NCBI GenBank assembly: GCA_965207065.1
Contig: OZ242260.1
Location: 4,320,001-4,384,000, forward strand
Source: a bacterium
GTDB taxonomy: Bacteria; UBA8248
Direction: 5' to 3'
DNA length: 64,000 nucleotides
Below the pieces are notes generated by a model. It did not search any database, was not told the DNA's origin, and was given only the letters and a program-made list of their open reading frames with translations. The translations under genes and the position numbers were made by a program. This document shows positions 1 through 13,257 of the stretch, one piece after another (within the stretch, counting starts at the first letter, position 1; each line of letters starts with the position of its first letter).

Positions 1-858
1 TTTCACCTCCACTACCTTGTTCACTCCCTCGCCATCCCGAACAATGGCCAGGGCCAACTCCTTGCACACCCGGTAAAGCCCTTCCTCGAACCGCGTCAGC
101 GCTTCCGCCGTCTCAAGCGCCACGCCGGATGCGCCCGTGGTTGCCAGGATCACCGTGTCGTTCGTCGACGTGTCGCCGTCAATCGTCACGCAGTTGAACG
201 TCTTGCGCACAACAGCCCGCAGGATGGCCTGAAGGTCGGCTTGCGCAACCACGGCGTCGGTGCCGACGTAGGCGAGCATGGTCGCCATATTGGGGGCGAT
301 CATGCCGGCCCCCTTGGTGATGCCGCCAATCCGGTAAACACCCTCCGGGGTGCTGACCTCAACGGCGTACTCCTTGGGCCGCGTGTCGGTCGTCATGATG
401 CCCACCGCCGCCTCGTGGCCGCCTTCCGAGGAAAGGCCGGACACCAGATTGGCGATTTGGGCCTTCATGAGTTCAACCGGGAGCGGAGCGCCGATGAGTC
501 CGGTAGAGGACATGGCGACCTGCGCTTCCGGGCAGTCGAGCGCTTCCGCCACTTCGCCGCAAAGGCTCACGGCGTCTCGATAGCCCTGCTCGCCCGTACA
601 CGCGTTTGCGTTGCCGCTGTTGACGAGGAACGCCCGCAATGGCGATTTCCCGATCCGTTCCCTGCACAGGGTGACGGGAGCGGCGCACACCTTGTTCCGG
701 GTGTAGACGCCCGCAGCAGTGGCCGGGGGGTCGAAAACGAGCAGCACCATATCCGGATTACCGGAATACTTGATGCCCGCCGTCACCGAGGCGGCGCGGA
801 CTCCCTCGGCTGCGCAAACACCACCCTCAATCGCCTGAATGGATTCCTTTTCACTCAC
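1..858 (-). CDS. argJ: Ornithine acetyltransferase / N-acetylglutamate synthase ArgJ (runs off the window's left edge)
   Basis: Not in the ORF track. Manual minus-strand translation from GTG at 858 gives SEKESIQAIEGGVCAAEGVRAASVTAGIKY...GVYTRNKVCAAPV...TKGAGMIAPNMATML, the ArgJ signature. Lies directly downstream of argC. Confidence 0.93.
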   Translation of the reverse strand, partial: MSEKESIQAIEGGVCAAEGVRAASVTAGIKYSGNPDMVLLVFDPPATAAGVYTRNKVCAAPVTLCRERIGKSPLRAFLVNSGNANACTGEQGYRDAVSLCGEVAEALDCPEAQVAMSSTGLIGAPLPVELMKAQIANLVSGLSSEGGHEAAVGIMTTDTRPKEYAVEVSTPEGVYRIGGITKGAGMIAPNMATMLAYVGTDAVVAQADLQAILRAVVRKTFNCVTIDGDTSTNDTVILATTGASGVALETAEALTRFEEGLYRVCKELALAIVRDGEGVNKVVEVK

Positions 859-881
859 TTTCAAGACCCCTTCTTATACGC

Positions 882-1919
882 TTACATCCAGAACCCCGGG
901 TGCAGGAGACCTTGCGTCTCGGGAAGCCCCAGCATCAGGTTCATGTTCTGCACCGCCGCTCCCGAAGCGCCTTTCACCAGATTGTCAATCGCCGCGACAA
1001 TGATGAAGCGCGAGGTGCGCTCATCGTGCGTCAGACCGATGTCCACGTAGTTCGAGCCGGCCACCTGCGTCACGTTGGGAAACGCGCCCTCGGGCATCAG
1101 GCGGATGAACGGCTCGTCCGCATAGACGTCGCGCAGCGCCGCCCGGACCGACGAGGCGTCGGCGCCTCCCTCCCCCTCGGCGTAGATGGTCGAGAGAATA
1201 CCCCGGGTCATGGGCGCCAGATGCGGAGTGAAAGAAACCTGCACCGCCTCCCCGAGAGCGGCGGACAACTCCTGCTCAATTTCGGGCGTATGACGATGGG
1301 TCCCCACGCCATAGGCCTTGAAGCCCTCGTTCACTTCGCTGAACTGGAGGCTCAAGTCCGCTTTTCTTCCCGCGCCTGATACGCCAGATTTCGCATCCAC
1401 GATGATGGAGTCCGGCTTGATGAGTCCCGCCCTCAAAAGCGGGGTCAGGGCCAGAATCGCACCCGTGGGGTAGCAACCCGGGTTCGCAACGAGGCGCGCT
1501 TTTATTATCTCTTCGCGATACAGCTCGGGCACCCCGTAGACGGCGTCCGCTATCCTCTCCGGCGAAGTGTGTTTCGTCTTGTACCAGGCTTCATAAACGC
1601 CGAAATCCCGCAAGCGGTAATCAGCGGAAAAATCCACCACACGATGCCCGGCCTCCAGCAAGGAGGGCACGGTGTTCATCGCCACCCGGTGGGGCAGGCA
1701 GCAGAATACGATGTCGACTCCCTCGCAGACGGCGAGTTCGAACTTCACGAGTGTGCCGCCATGGACAGAAGAAAGAGCGGGAAACACCTCATCCACTCTC
1801 TTGCCGGCATAGGTTTCGGACGTGAGGGCCACCACTTCCACACCCCCGTGCGACCCGAGGAGCCTTAATAACTCAAAACCCGTATATCCCGTAGCTCCGA
1901 CCACGGCGATTTTAGGCAT
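882..1919 (-). CDS. argC: N-acetyl-gamma-glutamyl-phosphate reductase
   Basis: GATGYTG Rossmann motif, VANPGCYPT catalytic motif, SGVSGAGR, IDNLVKGASG. Confidence 0.97.
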   Translation of the reverse strand: MPKIAVVGATGYTGFELLRLLGSHGGVEVVALTSETYAGKRVDEVFPALSSVHGGTLVKFELAVCEGVDIVFCCLPHRVAMNTVPSLLEAGHRVVDFSADYRLRDFGVYEAWYKTKHTSPERIADAVYGVPELYREEIIKARLVANPGCYPTGAILALTPLLRAGLIKPDSIIVDAKSGVSGAGRKADLSLQFSEVNEGFKAYGVGTHRHTPEIEQELSAALGEAVQVSFTPHLAPMTRGILSTIYAEGEGGADASSVRAALRDVYADEPFIRLMPEGAFPNVTQVAGSNYVDIGLTHDERTSRFIIVAAIDNLVKGASGAAVQNMNLMLGLPETQGLLHPGFWM

Positions 1920-2000
1920 CTCCTTATCCCCCAGAATCCTCAGCGATTCGCATCAAACCCTCATCAGAGCGAGTATCCACCACAATTCATTTTTTCGCAC

Positions 2001-2029
2001 AAAAAAAGGGGCCGGCAAAGCCAGCCCCC
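2001..2029 (-). terminator. Intrinsic terminator after rplM-rpsI
   Basis: Minus strand reads GGGGGCTGGC-TTT-GCCGGCCCC-TTTTTTT, about 20 nt after the rpsI stop. Confidence 0.8.
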
Positions 2030-2048
2030 GAATCGACCACCACTGTGG

Positions 2049-2444
2049 TTAGCGCTTGGAGAACTGGAAGCTCTTGCGCGCGCCTTTCAAGCCATATTTT
2101 TTACGCTCTTTGACACGGGAATCACGCGTGATGAGACCCGCTTTTTTGAGAATCGTCCGAAATGCGGGATCCACACTCAGCAGGGCTTTCGAAATGCCGT
2201 GGCGAACAGCGCCCGCCTGACCGGTGAGACCCCCGCCCTTCACGGTAGCCCGCACGTCGTAGCTACCCCACGTCTCGGTAAGCTCGAAGGGCTGCTTGAT
2301 CACCATGAGTGAGGTGTCGCGGAGGAAATACTCGTCCGCCGGCGTATTGTTGACCAGAATTCTGCCGTCGCCCGGTTCTAGCCAGACGCGCGCAACGGCC
2401 GTTTTGCGTTTTCCTGTGGCGTAGTGCTTCGGTATCGTAGCCAT
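2049..2444 (-). CDS. rpsI: 30S ribosomal protein S9
   Basis: [48 protein letters not shown]. Start moved to the ATG at 2444 (MATIPKH). Confidence 0.98.
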   Translation of the reverse strand: MATIPKHYATGKRKTAVARVWLEPGDGRILVNNTPADEYFLRDTSLMVIKQPFELTETWGSYDVRATVKGGGLTGQAGAVRHGISKALLSVDPAFRTILKKAGLITRDSRVKERKKYGLKGARKSFQFSKR

Positions 2445-2469
2445 ATCGAATTCAAAAACCTCTTGGAGT

Positions 2470-2919
2470 TCAGTCCAACTGAATCGCTTCGGGTTGTTGC
2501 GCCTCATGCGGGTGCTTGTCGCCTGCGTACACTTTGAGTTTTTGCAGCAAAGCGCGCCCCAACTTGTTTTTTGGCAACATACCCCGCACAGCGTGTTCTA
2601 TCACGCGCTCGGGATGTGTTTCCAGCATGCGTCCCGCATTCACTTCTTTGAGATGACCAGGGTAGCCGGAGTGGCGGTAATACTTTTTGTCCGAAAGTTT
2701 GCGGCCAGTGAGAACGATGCGCTCCGCATTGATGACGACAACATAATCGCCATTGTCGACATGGGGCGTCCAGTCCGGCTTGTGTTTTCCGCGCAGCAGC
2801 GTCGCCACACGCGTACTAAGACGCCCCAAGGTCTGATCCTTCGCATCCACCAGCACCCAGCCGCGCTGGGCGCTGGCTTGCTCTTTCGTGAGGCTGACTG
2901 TCTTTCGATACATTCTCAT
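2470..2919 (-). CDS. rplM: 50S ribosomal protein L13
   Basis: LGRLST...[41 protein letters not shown]. Confidence 0.98.
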   Translation of the reverse strand: MRMYRKTVSLTKEQASAQRGWVLVDAKDQTLGRLSTRVATLLRGKHKPDWTPHVDNGDYVVVINAERIVLTGRKLSDKKYYRHSGYPGHLKEVNAGRMLETHPERVIEHAVRGMLPKNKLGRALLQKLKVYAGDKHPHEAQQPEAIQLD

Positions 2920-3120
2920 TGGTTCTCTTCTCTTCTTCGACTCATAAATTATCTTCTCGGGAGAAGACGAAGGTGTATATAAACCCCAGATGGCCGGGCG
3001 ATGTCAACCGCCTCGGGCGGAATTTTCAGAGAAGGTGTCACACCACACATCTTATTGTTGTTTAACGGGCTAAACACCTCCAGCGCTAACATGCGAGGTC
3101 CTCGCTTGAAGAAAAGCGCA

Positions 3121-4419
3121 TCATAGTTTGAACAATCGGGTGTTTTGCCCGAATTCTGCAAAGGCGTTGCGCGTATCCACGATGCAGTTCGCATGGGCGT
3201 GGATGCACCCTCTATCCAGTGACTTGTGGTTCGCGAGCACGATAACGCAATCGTATTCACGCAGCGCTTCAGCGCTGATGGACTGTGAATGCGCCCTTAT
3301 CGGGGGAGCGTCGATTTCCGGCACATGGGGGTCTGAATAAAATACACTCGCCCCGTGGCTCTCCAAAATGGGCCAGACGTCGAGGGCGGGACTCTCTCTG
3401 ATGTCGGACACGTCCGCCTTGTACGCAACCCCCGCCAGCAGAATCCTCGCACCCTCCAGCGTCTTGCCCGTCTCTTTCAGGACTCTGGACGTGAGCTCCA
3501 CGACAAAACGAGGCATCGATTTGTTCACCGCATCGGCCAGTTCGATGAACCTCGCCTCGAATCCCGCCTGCCGCGCCTTCCAGGACAGATAAACAGGGTC
3601 CACAGGAAGGCAATGACCGCCGAGTCCCGGCCCGGGATAGAAGGGCATGAAACCGAAAGGCTTGGTTCTCGCCGCCTCGATCACCTCCCAGACATCCAGG
3701 TCAAGCGTGTGGCACATCTTCGCCACTTCGTTCACCAGGGCGATGTTGACGCTGCGAAATGTGTTTTCGAGAAGTTTCACCATCTCCGCGACCCGAGGCG
3801 AAGCGACCCTTACAATCCGATCGACAGCACCCTCATACAAGGCGCAGGCGCAATCGGCGCACTTCGGTGTCACGCCACCCACGATTTTCGGTATGTTTCT
3901 TGTTGTATAGCGCTCATTTCCGGGATCCACGCGTTCGGGCGAGAACGCGAGGTGAAACTCCACTCCCGCCCGCCAGCCGCCTTCTGACAAAACGGGCAGT
4001 ACGATTTCCTCGGTCGCCCCCGGATATGCGGTGCTCTCGAGCACGCAGAGCTGTCCCCGTCTCCGATGTCGCTTGATGCTCTCGACCGCTGTTTGCACGA
4101 AGGACAGATCCGGGTCTCCGGTCTTGCCCAACGGCGTGGGAACGCAAATGCTGATGGTGTCCACTTCCGCAAGGAGCCGGTGATCGCAGGCGAACTCGAG
4201 CCGATTCGTTCCCAATGCCTCGGCCAGTGATTCAGAAGAAACATCCAGAATATGACTCTTCGCCACTCGCAGATCGCGAACGAGCCGGGGGTCCGTGTCC
4301 AACCCGATAACCCGGTAGCCCGCGCGAACGAATTCCAGCGCGAGCGGGAGCCCGACGTACCCCAAACCCATCACGCATGCGAGAATCCGTTTTTGCCTGA
4401 TTTTCTCGATGAGTAGCAC
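3121..4419 (-). CDS. UDP-N-acetyl-hexosamine / nucleotide-sugar 6-dehydrogenase (WbpA/WecC family)
   Basis: GLGYVGLPLA, ICVPTP, FSPERVDPGN, KLLENTFRSVNIALVNE, GPGLGGHCLPVDP, YKADVSDIRESP. Likely GTG start at 4419, shorter than the track ORF. Confidence 0.92.
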   Translation of the reverse strand: MLLIEKIRQKRILACVMGLGYVGLPLALEFVRAGYRVIGLDTDPRLVRDLRVAKSHILDVSSESLAEALGTNRLEFACDHRLLAEVDTISICVPTPLGKTGDPDLSFVQTAVESIKRHRRRGQLCVLESTAYPGATEEIVLPVLSEGGWRAGVEFHLAFSPERVDPGNERYTTRNIPKIVGGVTPKCADCACALYEGAVDRIVRVASPRVAEMVKLLENTFRSVNIALVNEVAKMCHTLDLDVWEVIEAARTKPFGFMPFYPGPGLGGHCLPVDPVYLSWKARQAGFEARFIELADAVNKSMPRFVVELTSRVLKETGKTLEGARILLAGVAYKADVSDIRESPALDVWPILESHGASVFYSDPHVPEIDAPPIRAHSQSISAEALREYDCVIVLANHKSLDRGCIHAHANCIVDTRNAFAEFGQNTRLFKL

Positions 4420-4540
4420 GGGACCCTCTGAGAGAGAGAAAATGAGGGTCCTCTGAGAATGATTGTAGTATAGAATAACTACTGGTATTTCCAATATCGT
4501 TACTTCAAGTGAAAGCGTATACATCACGGGAGAATCGAGC

Positions 4541-5509
4541 ATGAAACGGTTTACAGTACTGGTCGCGGGCCTGCTTCTTTGGGCGGGCGCGGCCCATGCG
4601 GCGGAAAAATGGAACATGCCGACGGCGTACGGGAACGCCAACTACCACACGCAAAACGCCAGGCTGTTCGCCAAAGCGGTGGGCGTATGCACCGGGGGGA
4701 AACTCGAGATCGTGGTGCATGGAGGCGGTTCTCTCATCAAGGGCGGCGAGATCAAGCGCGCCGTACAAAACGGGAAGGCTCCCATCGGCGAGCGCCTGCT
4801 GAGCGCGCACCAGAACGAAAACGCCGTCTTCGGGTTCGACTCCGTGCCGCTGCTGGCAACGTCTTTCGAGGCATCCGAGAAGCTCTGGCGTGCGACAAAG
4901 GGCCGGCTGACGAAGATTCTCGCCGCGCAGAATCTCGTGCTGCTTTACTCCGTCCCTTGGCCGCCGCAGGGAATGTACTTCAAGCGCGCGATCGGCGGCG
5001 TCTCCGACATGCGGGGCATCAAGTTCCGCGCCTACAACGCCGCGACGGCGCGTTTCGCCGAACTCGCTGGAATGCCCTCGGTGCACATCGAGCTGGCGGA
5101 ACTCGAACCCGCACTGGCAAGCGGTAAGGTGGAAGCCTATATCTCATCAAGCGCAACCGGCTACGAACTCAAGCAGTGGAAACACGTGAGCCATTTTTAT
5201 GACACTCAAGCCTGGCTGCCGCGTAACTACGTGTTCGCAAACAAGCGCGCCTTCGAGGCGCTCGATGCCCATGCCCAAAACTGCCTGCGCTCCTCGGCGT
5301 TGCTGGCTGAAGCGGCAGGAACGGCGCGGGCGCGCGAGTTGACCGGCTTTTATCTCGACCAACTCGCCGCAGGCGGCATGAGCGTGGAGAAGCCGGGGAA
5401 GCAACTCGCCGCCGATCTCGAAAAAATCGGCGAAATCATGTCTGCCGAATGGACCAAGGCCGCAGGCGCGGAGGGCGCCGCGATCATCAATGCCTTCAGG
5501 GGGAAGTAA
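4541..5509 (+). CDS. TRAP transporter substrate-binding protein (DctP family)
   Basis: Signal peptide ending AHA, then WNMPTAY, YSVPWPPQG and GIKFRAYN motifs typical of DctP-type solute-binding proteins. Confidence 0.88.
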   Translation: MKRFTVLVAGLLLWAGAAHAAEKWNMPTAYGNANYHTQNARLFAKAVGVCTGGKLEIVVHGGGSLIKGGEIKRAVQNGKAPIGERLLSAHQNENAVFGFDSVPLLATSFEASEKLWRATKGRLTKILAAQNLVLLYSVPWPPQGMYFKRAIGGVSDMRGIKFRAYNAATARFAELAGMPSVHIELAELEPALASGKVEAYISSSATGYELKQWKHVSHFYDTQAWLPRNYVFANKRAFEALDAHAQNCLRSSALLAEAAGTARARELTGFYLDQLAAGGMSVEKPGKQLAADLEKIGEIMSAEWTKAAGAEGAAIINAFRGK

Positions 5510-5552
5510 AGGGTTATCAACACCCTTTTGTAAATTTACCGAGGATGTAGCA

Positions 5553-5806
5553 ATGCAACTCAATATCAAAGATGCCGACACCCATGCGCTGGCGAAAAGG
5601 CTCGCGAGCCTAACCGGCGAATCCATGGCCAAGGCCGTCAAGCGCGCCATACAGGAGAGGCTGGCGCAGGTGGAATGATGCAGGGCGGGACCCCGCTTGC
5701 CGATGAACTGGACCGCATCGCTCTGTATTGCGCCAGTCTGCCGAGACGTGACGAGCGAAACAACGATGAGATCATCGGGTATGACGAGAGCGGCCTGCCC
5801 GCGTGA
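5553..5806 (+). pseudogene. vapB: VapB-type antitoxin (Rv0623-like), split by a frameshift
   Basis: 5553-5678 encodes MQLNIKDADTHALAKRLASLTGESMAKAVKRAIQERL. The C-terminal half LADELDRIA...LP...DEIIGYDESGLP continues in another frame at 5678-5806. Confidence 0.8.
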
Positions 5807-5862
5807 TGGTCATCGACACATCGGCTCTTTCAAGGGTATTGGAAAATCAGGAGCGTCTTTGA
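5806..5862 (+). pseudogene. vapC: VapC PIN-domain toxin, only the N-terminal stub remains
   Basis: ATG overlaps the antitoxin stop (TGATG). Reads MVIDTSAL, the PIN N-terminus, then stops after 18 aa. Confidence 0.72.
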
Positions 5863-5891
5863 GGATTACCTCACCGAAGGCACGCGGTGCG

Positions 5892-6566
5892 CTAAATGTT
5901 CATCGAGCGGACCAGGGGCGCGTTCTCGTGCAGGTCGATCACGTTCAAGGCCGCGAAGTCCTGCTCCAGCCGGAAAAAGCTCTCGATCGGAGCGCCCAGC
6001 GCATCGCACAGGATCACCCGGTTCACTGCCGCATGCGCGCAGACGATGACGTTCTTCTCCTTCTCCCGGGCGCAGATATCGCGAAAAGCGGGCAAGACGC
6101 GCCCGGCGAGTTCGGCCACGGATTCCCCGCCGCCGGGTGGCTTGGAGTTGACGAAATTCCTGTAATGTTCGGCCAAACGCTCTGGTTCCTGGTTGCTGAG
6201 GCTTGCGTGCGTCTCCCCTTCCCAATCGCCCAGGTGAAGCTCTGAAATATCGGGAACGATTACGGGCTTGAGGTCCAACCCCATTGCTTCGGATAGAATT
6301 TCCGCCGTTCTAACCGAGCGGGCGAGCGAACTGGCGTAAAGGGCCGTTTCACTCTCCATGAGCCAGCCCTTGACGCGCTCCGCCGCTTCCCGAACCTGCG
6401 CCTCGCCCTCGGCGAGAAGCGGCGCGTCGGTGCTGCCGTAGAAAAACCCCTCTTTTGAGCCCTCCGCCGCGCCGTGCCTGAGCAAAAGGACGCGCGTGGT
6501 GGATTCGGCCTTACGCGGCATGGAAACCGTGGAATCGGCCCGCCTTTGATTCACGCTTTTCTCCAA
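5892..6566 (-). CDS. Histidine phosphatase family protein (CobC / phosphoglycerate mutase-like)
   Basis: LLRHG, SSLARS, ELHLGDWEG, GGES and CAH motifs. Start may be the ATG at 6521. Confidence 0.88.
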   Translation of the reverse strand: MEKSVNQRRADSTVSMPRKAESTTRVLLLRHGAAEGSKEGFFYGSTDAPLLAEGEAQVREAAERVKGWLMESETALYASSLARSVRTAEILSEAMGLDLKPVIVPDISELHLGDWEGETHASLSNQEPERLAEHYRNFVNSKPPGGGESVAELAGRVLPAFRDICAREKEKNVIVCAHAAVNRVILCDALGAPIESFFRLEQDFAALNVIDLHENAPLVRSMNI

Positions 6567-6619
6567 CCTGAAAAGCAGGCGCGGAAGATTTTACACCACG
6601 CCCGAAACCCGTATTCGCG

Positions 6620-7021
6620 CTATTTCGTTGCCAGTGAGATGTCCCGAACGCCCGCTTCCGAGATGAGGCCCATCACCTTGATCACATAACCGTAATCGAG
6701 ACGCTTGTCCGCCTTGATCGTGAGAGATGGCTTGAACTTTCCACTTGCGACGTCAGCTTTCAACCGGCTTTCGAGATCATCGAGCAGCACAGTCTTACCG
6801 TTCAGCGAGATTCGCTTCTCCGCGCCGACTTCGATGAGAAACGATTTTTTCTCCACCACCTCGGCGCTCGATTTGGCTTCCGGAAGTTCGATGTCGAGTC
6901 TGCGGGTGAAATCCACGAAAGAGGTGGAAACCATGAAAAAGATCAGTAGCAAAAAAACGACGTCTATGAGTGATGTGAGCTGGAGGCTGTAGTCTTCCTC
7001 CGAATCGCCCTGAAAGCGCAT
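6620..7021 (-). CDS. exbD: Biopolymer transporter ExbD/TolR
   Basis: LTSLIDVVFLLLIFFMV transmembrane signature and IKADKRLDYG. Confidence 0.92.
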   Translation of the reverse strand: MRFQGDSEEDYSLQLTSLIDVVFLLLIFFMVSTSFVDFTRRLDIELPEAKSSAEVVEKKSFLIEVGAEKRISLNGKTVLLDDLESRLKADVASGKFKPSLTIKADKRLDYGYVIKVMGLISEAGVRDISLATK

Positions 7022-7846
7022 TCACATGTCCTCACGCTGCGGACTCAAGCTCTCCATGCCCTGCGCCTCGTCGTGGAGCGCATCATGCGTGTTCTCGCCG
7101 GGTTCTCCGGATTGCGCCGCCAGGTTCTGTAAAAGCGCCAGTGCGATGGATTCCATCTCGAACAGGAGGCGACCGCTGCGCGAGCGGAAGAAGTGATACG
7201 CCGCAAGGGCGGGAATGCCTATCAAAAGGCCCGCCGCCGTCGTCAAAAGCGCTTCCGAAATCCCCTCCGCTACGAGATTCGGGTTCCCGGTCCCGGCGCG
7301 GCTGATGACGTCGAACGCGCGAATCATACCTACGACGGTGCCGAACAGGCCCAGCATGGGGGCCAGGTTCGCGATGACCCCCAAACCACGGAGGTTGCGT
7401 GACAAGACGGTCGATTCGTGCTGGCCCGCTCCGACCATGGCGCGTTCCATCTCGCCGAGTCCCAACCTCCGCCTCGACAACCCCGCCTGAAGCACGCGCG
7501 CCAGCGGTGAGTCGAACCGCTCGCAAATACTGGAGGCACCCTCGAAATCACCGCTGCGCCAATATCTCTCGGAAGCGTTCACCAGAGAATGGGGCAGGAC
7601 TTTCTTTCGCCTGAGAGTTATGAGCCGCTCGAGCGTCACCATGAGCGCAATGACCGAGCAAAGTCCCAGGGGGATCATCGTGTAGCCCCCCTTTTTCAGA
7701 AGCTCCCAAACCCTGGTCGTAAAACCCCATTCGATAAAGCTCGAAGCCGCGATCGCCTGCTCTGCAGCGAGCAAAACGAAAACGCCCGCCAGACTCGCGG
7801 CGAGGAACCATTTTCCACTTCTGGAATCTCTCGGCTCATGAAACAC
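7022..7846 (-). CDS. exbB: MotA/TolQ/ExbB proton channel protein
   Basis: APMLGLFGTVVGMIRAF and GISEALLTTAAGL. Adjacent to exbD. Confidence 0.92.
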   Translation of the reverse strand: MFHEPRDSRSGKWFLAASLAGVFVLLAAEQAIAASSFIEWGFTTRVWELLKKGGYTMIPLGLCSVIALMVTLERLITLRRKKVLPHSLVNASERYWRSGDFEGASSICERFDSPLARVLQAGLSRRRLGLGEMERAMVGAGQHESTVLSRNLRGLGVIANLAPMLGLFGTVVGMIRAFDVISRAGTGNPNLVAEGISEALLTTAAGLLIGIPALAAYHFFRSRSGRLLFEMESIALALLQNLAAQSGEPGENTHDALHDEAQGMESLSPQREDM

Positions 7847-8529
7847 TTGGAAGTACTCCTGCGACCCGCGCCGGGTCGGTTTCCATCACAACGTGCGCAT
7901 CGAACACGTCCGCGCAAATGGGGATTACATCCTGCGCGAGTTCCGGCAGCAGCGGCGAATCCCCCAGGAGTTTTAAGAGGGAAGTCGTGCGTCCGCCCAC
8001 CTCGCCGCAGGGGTGCATCATCTCGAAATATCTCAGATCAGGCGATGCGTTGAACGAAACACCGTGCATCGTCACCCAGCGTCTCGCACCCACGCCCAAG
8101 GCGAGAATTTTCTCACCACCCACCCAAAGACCCGGATTCCCAGGTTTTCTCTCGGCGTGAAACCCTCTCTTCTCGAGGTAGCGCAGAAAGACCTCCTCAA
8201 GCCTTCTACAGTGGAGGTGCACGTCGCGCTCCCTCTCGCGAAGATCGCAAATGGCATAGAGCATCAACTGGCCCGGGCCGTGAAAGGTCACTTCGCCGCC
8301 CCGGTTGATCCGCACGAGAGGAACCTCCGCACCGTCGACGGGCGAACGACTGAGAAGCACGTTCGCCTCGCTCCCCCCCTTGCCCAGCGTCATGACCGGG
8401 TTGTGTTCCAGAAAGAGGAAAACATCCTCCCCGAGGCGGCCCTCGGCGCGCTCGGTCCACAGGCGCTTTTGCAAATCCCAGGCTTCGTTGAAGGCCACCC
8501 TCCCCAGGAAGGCCGCCCTGATGGATGGT

Positions 8530-8555
<26 letters not shown>
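7836..8555 (-). CDS. lipB: Lipoyl(octanoyl) transferase
   Basis: LEHNPVMTLG, RGGEVTFHGPGQL, KILALGV, MHGVSFN, PCG. Confidence 0.93.
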
Positions 8556-11961
<3,406 letters not shown>

Positions 11962-12121
11962 TTATATTCCCCGGGGGCGGATTTTGATAGGGGCGTGCTT
12001 TTAATACTGGCCTGCTTATACGGGTGTACCAATTGCAGTGAAGCCCATTCAGTTTACTTCTTTCTGCCTCTCGCCGTCATCTTTTTTCGCTGCAAGGCGA
12101 CGCATTTTCGCTCGCGGCGGA

Positions 12122-12487
12122 TTAGCCGCCGTATCCGAATAGCTGGCTGATGAACCGGCCCGGGATCATGGCGAACCCGCCCGCGATGAAGGCGCCTATC
12201 ATCGTACCCGTCATGAACGCCGCGTGCCTCCGCACGTTTCCCCGCCGTATCGAAACAACCGCTACTATCATGCAGAATATCGTCCAGACCGTCAGCAGGT
12301 GAATCCAGCTGAATTCGCCATGGTTGAGCTCTCGTATCCAGAAGGACGAGACCGTGACGTAGGTCATTGTGGCGAGCCAGCACCAGCCGATGATGCGGTG
12401 CCTGCGCGTTCCCTTCGCGGACGCCAGGTTGACGAGACCGAGCCCAATCGCCAGCACCGCCAGAATGAAATGCGTCCATATCAGCAA
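12122..12487 (-). CDS. Small integral membrane protein (DUF2306-like)
   Basis: Four hydrophobic segments, with KGTRRHRIIG, FSWIHLL and PGR motifs. Confidence 0.75.
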   Translation of the reverse strand: MLIWTHFILAVLAIGLGLVNLASAKGTRRHRIIGWCWLATMTYVTVSSFWIRELNHGEFSWIHLLTVWTIFCMIVAVVSIRRGNVRRHAAFMTGTMIGAFIAGGFAMIPGRFISQLFGYGG

Positions 12488-12505
12488 GGATCCGGTCTCC
12501 TGAGC

Positions 12506-13069
12506 CTAGTTGTTGAAATCCTTGAGTACCACCACGTCCTGAACGAGTTTTCCCTTGTAGCTTAATTCCTCGTGCATGTTCGTGTTCAGCGTGACCCTGA
12601 TCTCGAGATTCCCCTTCGGCAGTTGATCCATGAAATAGGAAGCGCCGTACAGTCTCGTCAGCTTCTTGCCGTTCAGGTACAGATGCGCGTGGCCCTCGTT
12701 GATTTTCGAAGTCTTGTTGACCTCATCGGACGCGAAGCGGAAGTTCTCGATGTCCAGAAACAGATTGAGCGCACCCTTGGTGTGGGCGTCTTTCGCCAAG
12801 CGTATCTTAACACTCGGGGGGTTCTTGTAGCCGGCGGGAATGATTTTTACGGAATGCGTCATGCCGCCGCGGCCCTTCTTCATCCCTCTTTCGCCGGCCT
12901 TGTGCATCTGGTGCCCGTGTTCCTTCTGGGCGTGGCCGCTTTGAGCAATGTGCAAGTGAGGATAATTCGCCTCATGGGCATGGGCGCTCGCTCCTGAGAG
13001 AAGCGAAACCAGGAAAAAGATCGGAATTACGTCGAGCGATGTCTTCAATATCCGATACATTTCATTCAA
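12506..13069 (-). CDS. Secreted His-rich hypothetical protein, possibly metal binding
   Basis: Signal peptide ending AHA, a His/Met-rich N-terminal segment, and a conserved-looking EGHAHLYLNGKKLTRLYG...LNTNMH domain. Confidence 0.7.
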   Translation of the reverse strand: MNEMYRILKTSLDVIPIFFLVSLLSGASAHAHEANYPHLHIAQSGHAQKEHGHQMHKAGERGMKKGRGGMTHSVKIIPAGYKNPPSVKIRLAKDAHTKGALNLFLDIENFRFASDEVNKTSKINEGHAHLYLNGKKLTRLYGASYFMDQLPKGNLEIRVTLNTNMHEELSYKGKLVQDVVVLKDFNN

Positions 13070-13257
13070 CTCCTAAAGAGGATTTCAGATGCGGCGGCGG
13101 AATTCACAAAGAAAAACGGGTGAATTTCTTGTAACCCATTGATTCTTAAATCATTAAACCTGAATATACTCTATCTTTTTTTCTTGCTTTTTCATCGAAA
13201 ACATCTAATATTCCGGACATTGTCCCTTTACAGATACTCAATGAAAAGGGAGAAAAA

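Noticed and set aside
241-1050. 269-aa + strand ORF
   Set aside because: Antisense shadow of argJ/argC, with no recognisable motifs.
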